DNA of 64,000 nt from the human T2T-CHM13v2.0 reference genome, Homo sapiens. The notes under the pieces were generated by a model that saw only the letters and a program-made list of their open reading frames with translations, did not search any database and was not told where the DNA came from. Each line of letters opens with the position of its first letter. Positions within the stretch are counted from its first letter, which is position 1. Below, piece after piece: positions 61,696 through 64,000 of the stretch. A program made the translations under genes and the position numbers. The DNA is taken from the NCBI RefSeq assembly GCF_009914755.1, contig NC_060936.1. The stretch is one strand, 5' to 3'.

Positions 61696-61985
61696 AAATC
61701 TTCCTACCTGTGTACATTTACCCTGTTTTCCACAATTCCCTGCTCTACCTGAGAAACCCTTGCTCATCTAAACTGATGTAATTTTGCTGTTTTTAACTCA
61801 GGGGACCACTTTCACTAGGTTATCTCATCTACTGCCAAGGTCTTAAATACCATCCAGGTGACATGCCTCTTTAAAGAAATCCTTTCAGTCCAGACCTTTC
61901 TCCTGAATGTAAAAAAAGATGTTCTCAACCATCTACTAGATATCCACATTTGTTTTTCTCAAAAGCATTTCAAACTATTGTGGGG

Positions 61986-62520
<535 letters not shown>

Positions 62521-62567
62521 AAGGCACTTTGAACTCAACATGTTTGTGAAAGTTAAGGTATAGATTC

Positions 62568-62881
62568 AGCCGGTCACGATGGCTCACACTTGTAATCCCA
62601 GCATTTTGGGAGGCCAAGGCAGGTGGATTACCTGACGTCAGGAGTTGGAGACCAGCCTGGCCAACATGGTGAAACCCCATCTCTACTAAAAATAACACAA
62701 ATTAGCTGGACGTGGTGGCAGATGCCTGTAATTCTAGCAACTTTGGAGTCTGAGGCAGGAGAATTGCCTGAATCCAAGAGGTGGAGGTTGCGGTGAGCCA
62801 AAATTGTGCCACTATACTCCAGCCTGGGCAACAAAAGCAAAATTCTATCTCAAAAAAAAAAAAAGAAGAAAAAGAAAAAAA
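62568..62881 (+). mobile_element. Alu (AluSq-like)
   Basis: Full dimer with A-rich tail. Confidence 0.95.
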
Positions 62882-62899
62882 GATATAGTTTCAGCCACA

Positions 62900-63632
<733 letters not shown>

Positions 63633-64000
63633 CTATTCTGCCCTTTTAGTCACCCAAATATGTATGTATACCTTCTTTCCACACATTGATTTCCTCTCTT
63701 GTGTCAGAAACTGCCAAACCGGCCAGTGTCTGTATCCAGCTCAAAGTTCACAGTCTCTGGTTAATTCTGTCCTCTTTCTAATGTCTGTATGCAATTCCTC
63801 ATGGTTTGGTAGCCTGTAAACTAAAACATGAGTTACCTGCCTCACACCTTACTTTTATAAATTATGGAGTAGGAATGGGATAGCTATTATTTTTTTTTTA
63901 ATTCTTTGAAAAAGAGAAGAATGGGAAACACACAGCAGCCTCAGGTTCATAGCAATCATCAAACCCCACAGAGCAGTAATCGCAAAGATTCCTGCCCTGG

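Overview
Primate (very likely human) genomic DNA with no recognisable intact protein-coding gene. Most of the window is transposon-derived: about 41 Alu copies or fragments, MIR/L2/L1M relics, MER20/MER5/MER1/MADE1 DNA elements and many LTR elements. Two proviral structures stand out. The first is a MER4-type non-coding class I provirus (35317-41532). The second is an internally deleted HERV-K(HML-6)/LTR3-type provirus (49154-53033) with a Lys3 PBS, a 6-bp TSD, gag/dUTPase-pro/pol/env remnants, a ~750-bp GA-rich tandem array in its leader and an apparently captured class I (MER41-like) PPT+LTR-start segment. There is also a five-level nested LTR/Alu stack (18.2-21.2 kb), a strong CTCF motif, and a perfect RFX X-box palindrome beside an E-box/AP-1 composite. 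Nearly all ORFs in the track are Alu or low-complexity artefacts. Family names come from recalled consensus sequences, not a database search, so subfamily calls and boundaries of old elements are approximate. I found no clear evidence of a new biological system; the chimeric HML-6 element is the best lead.
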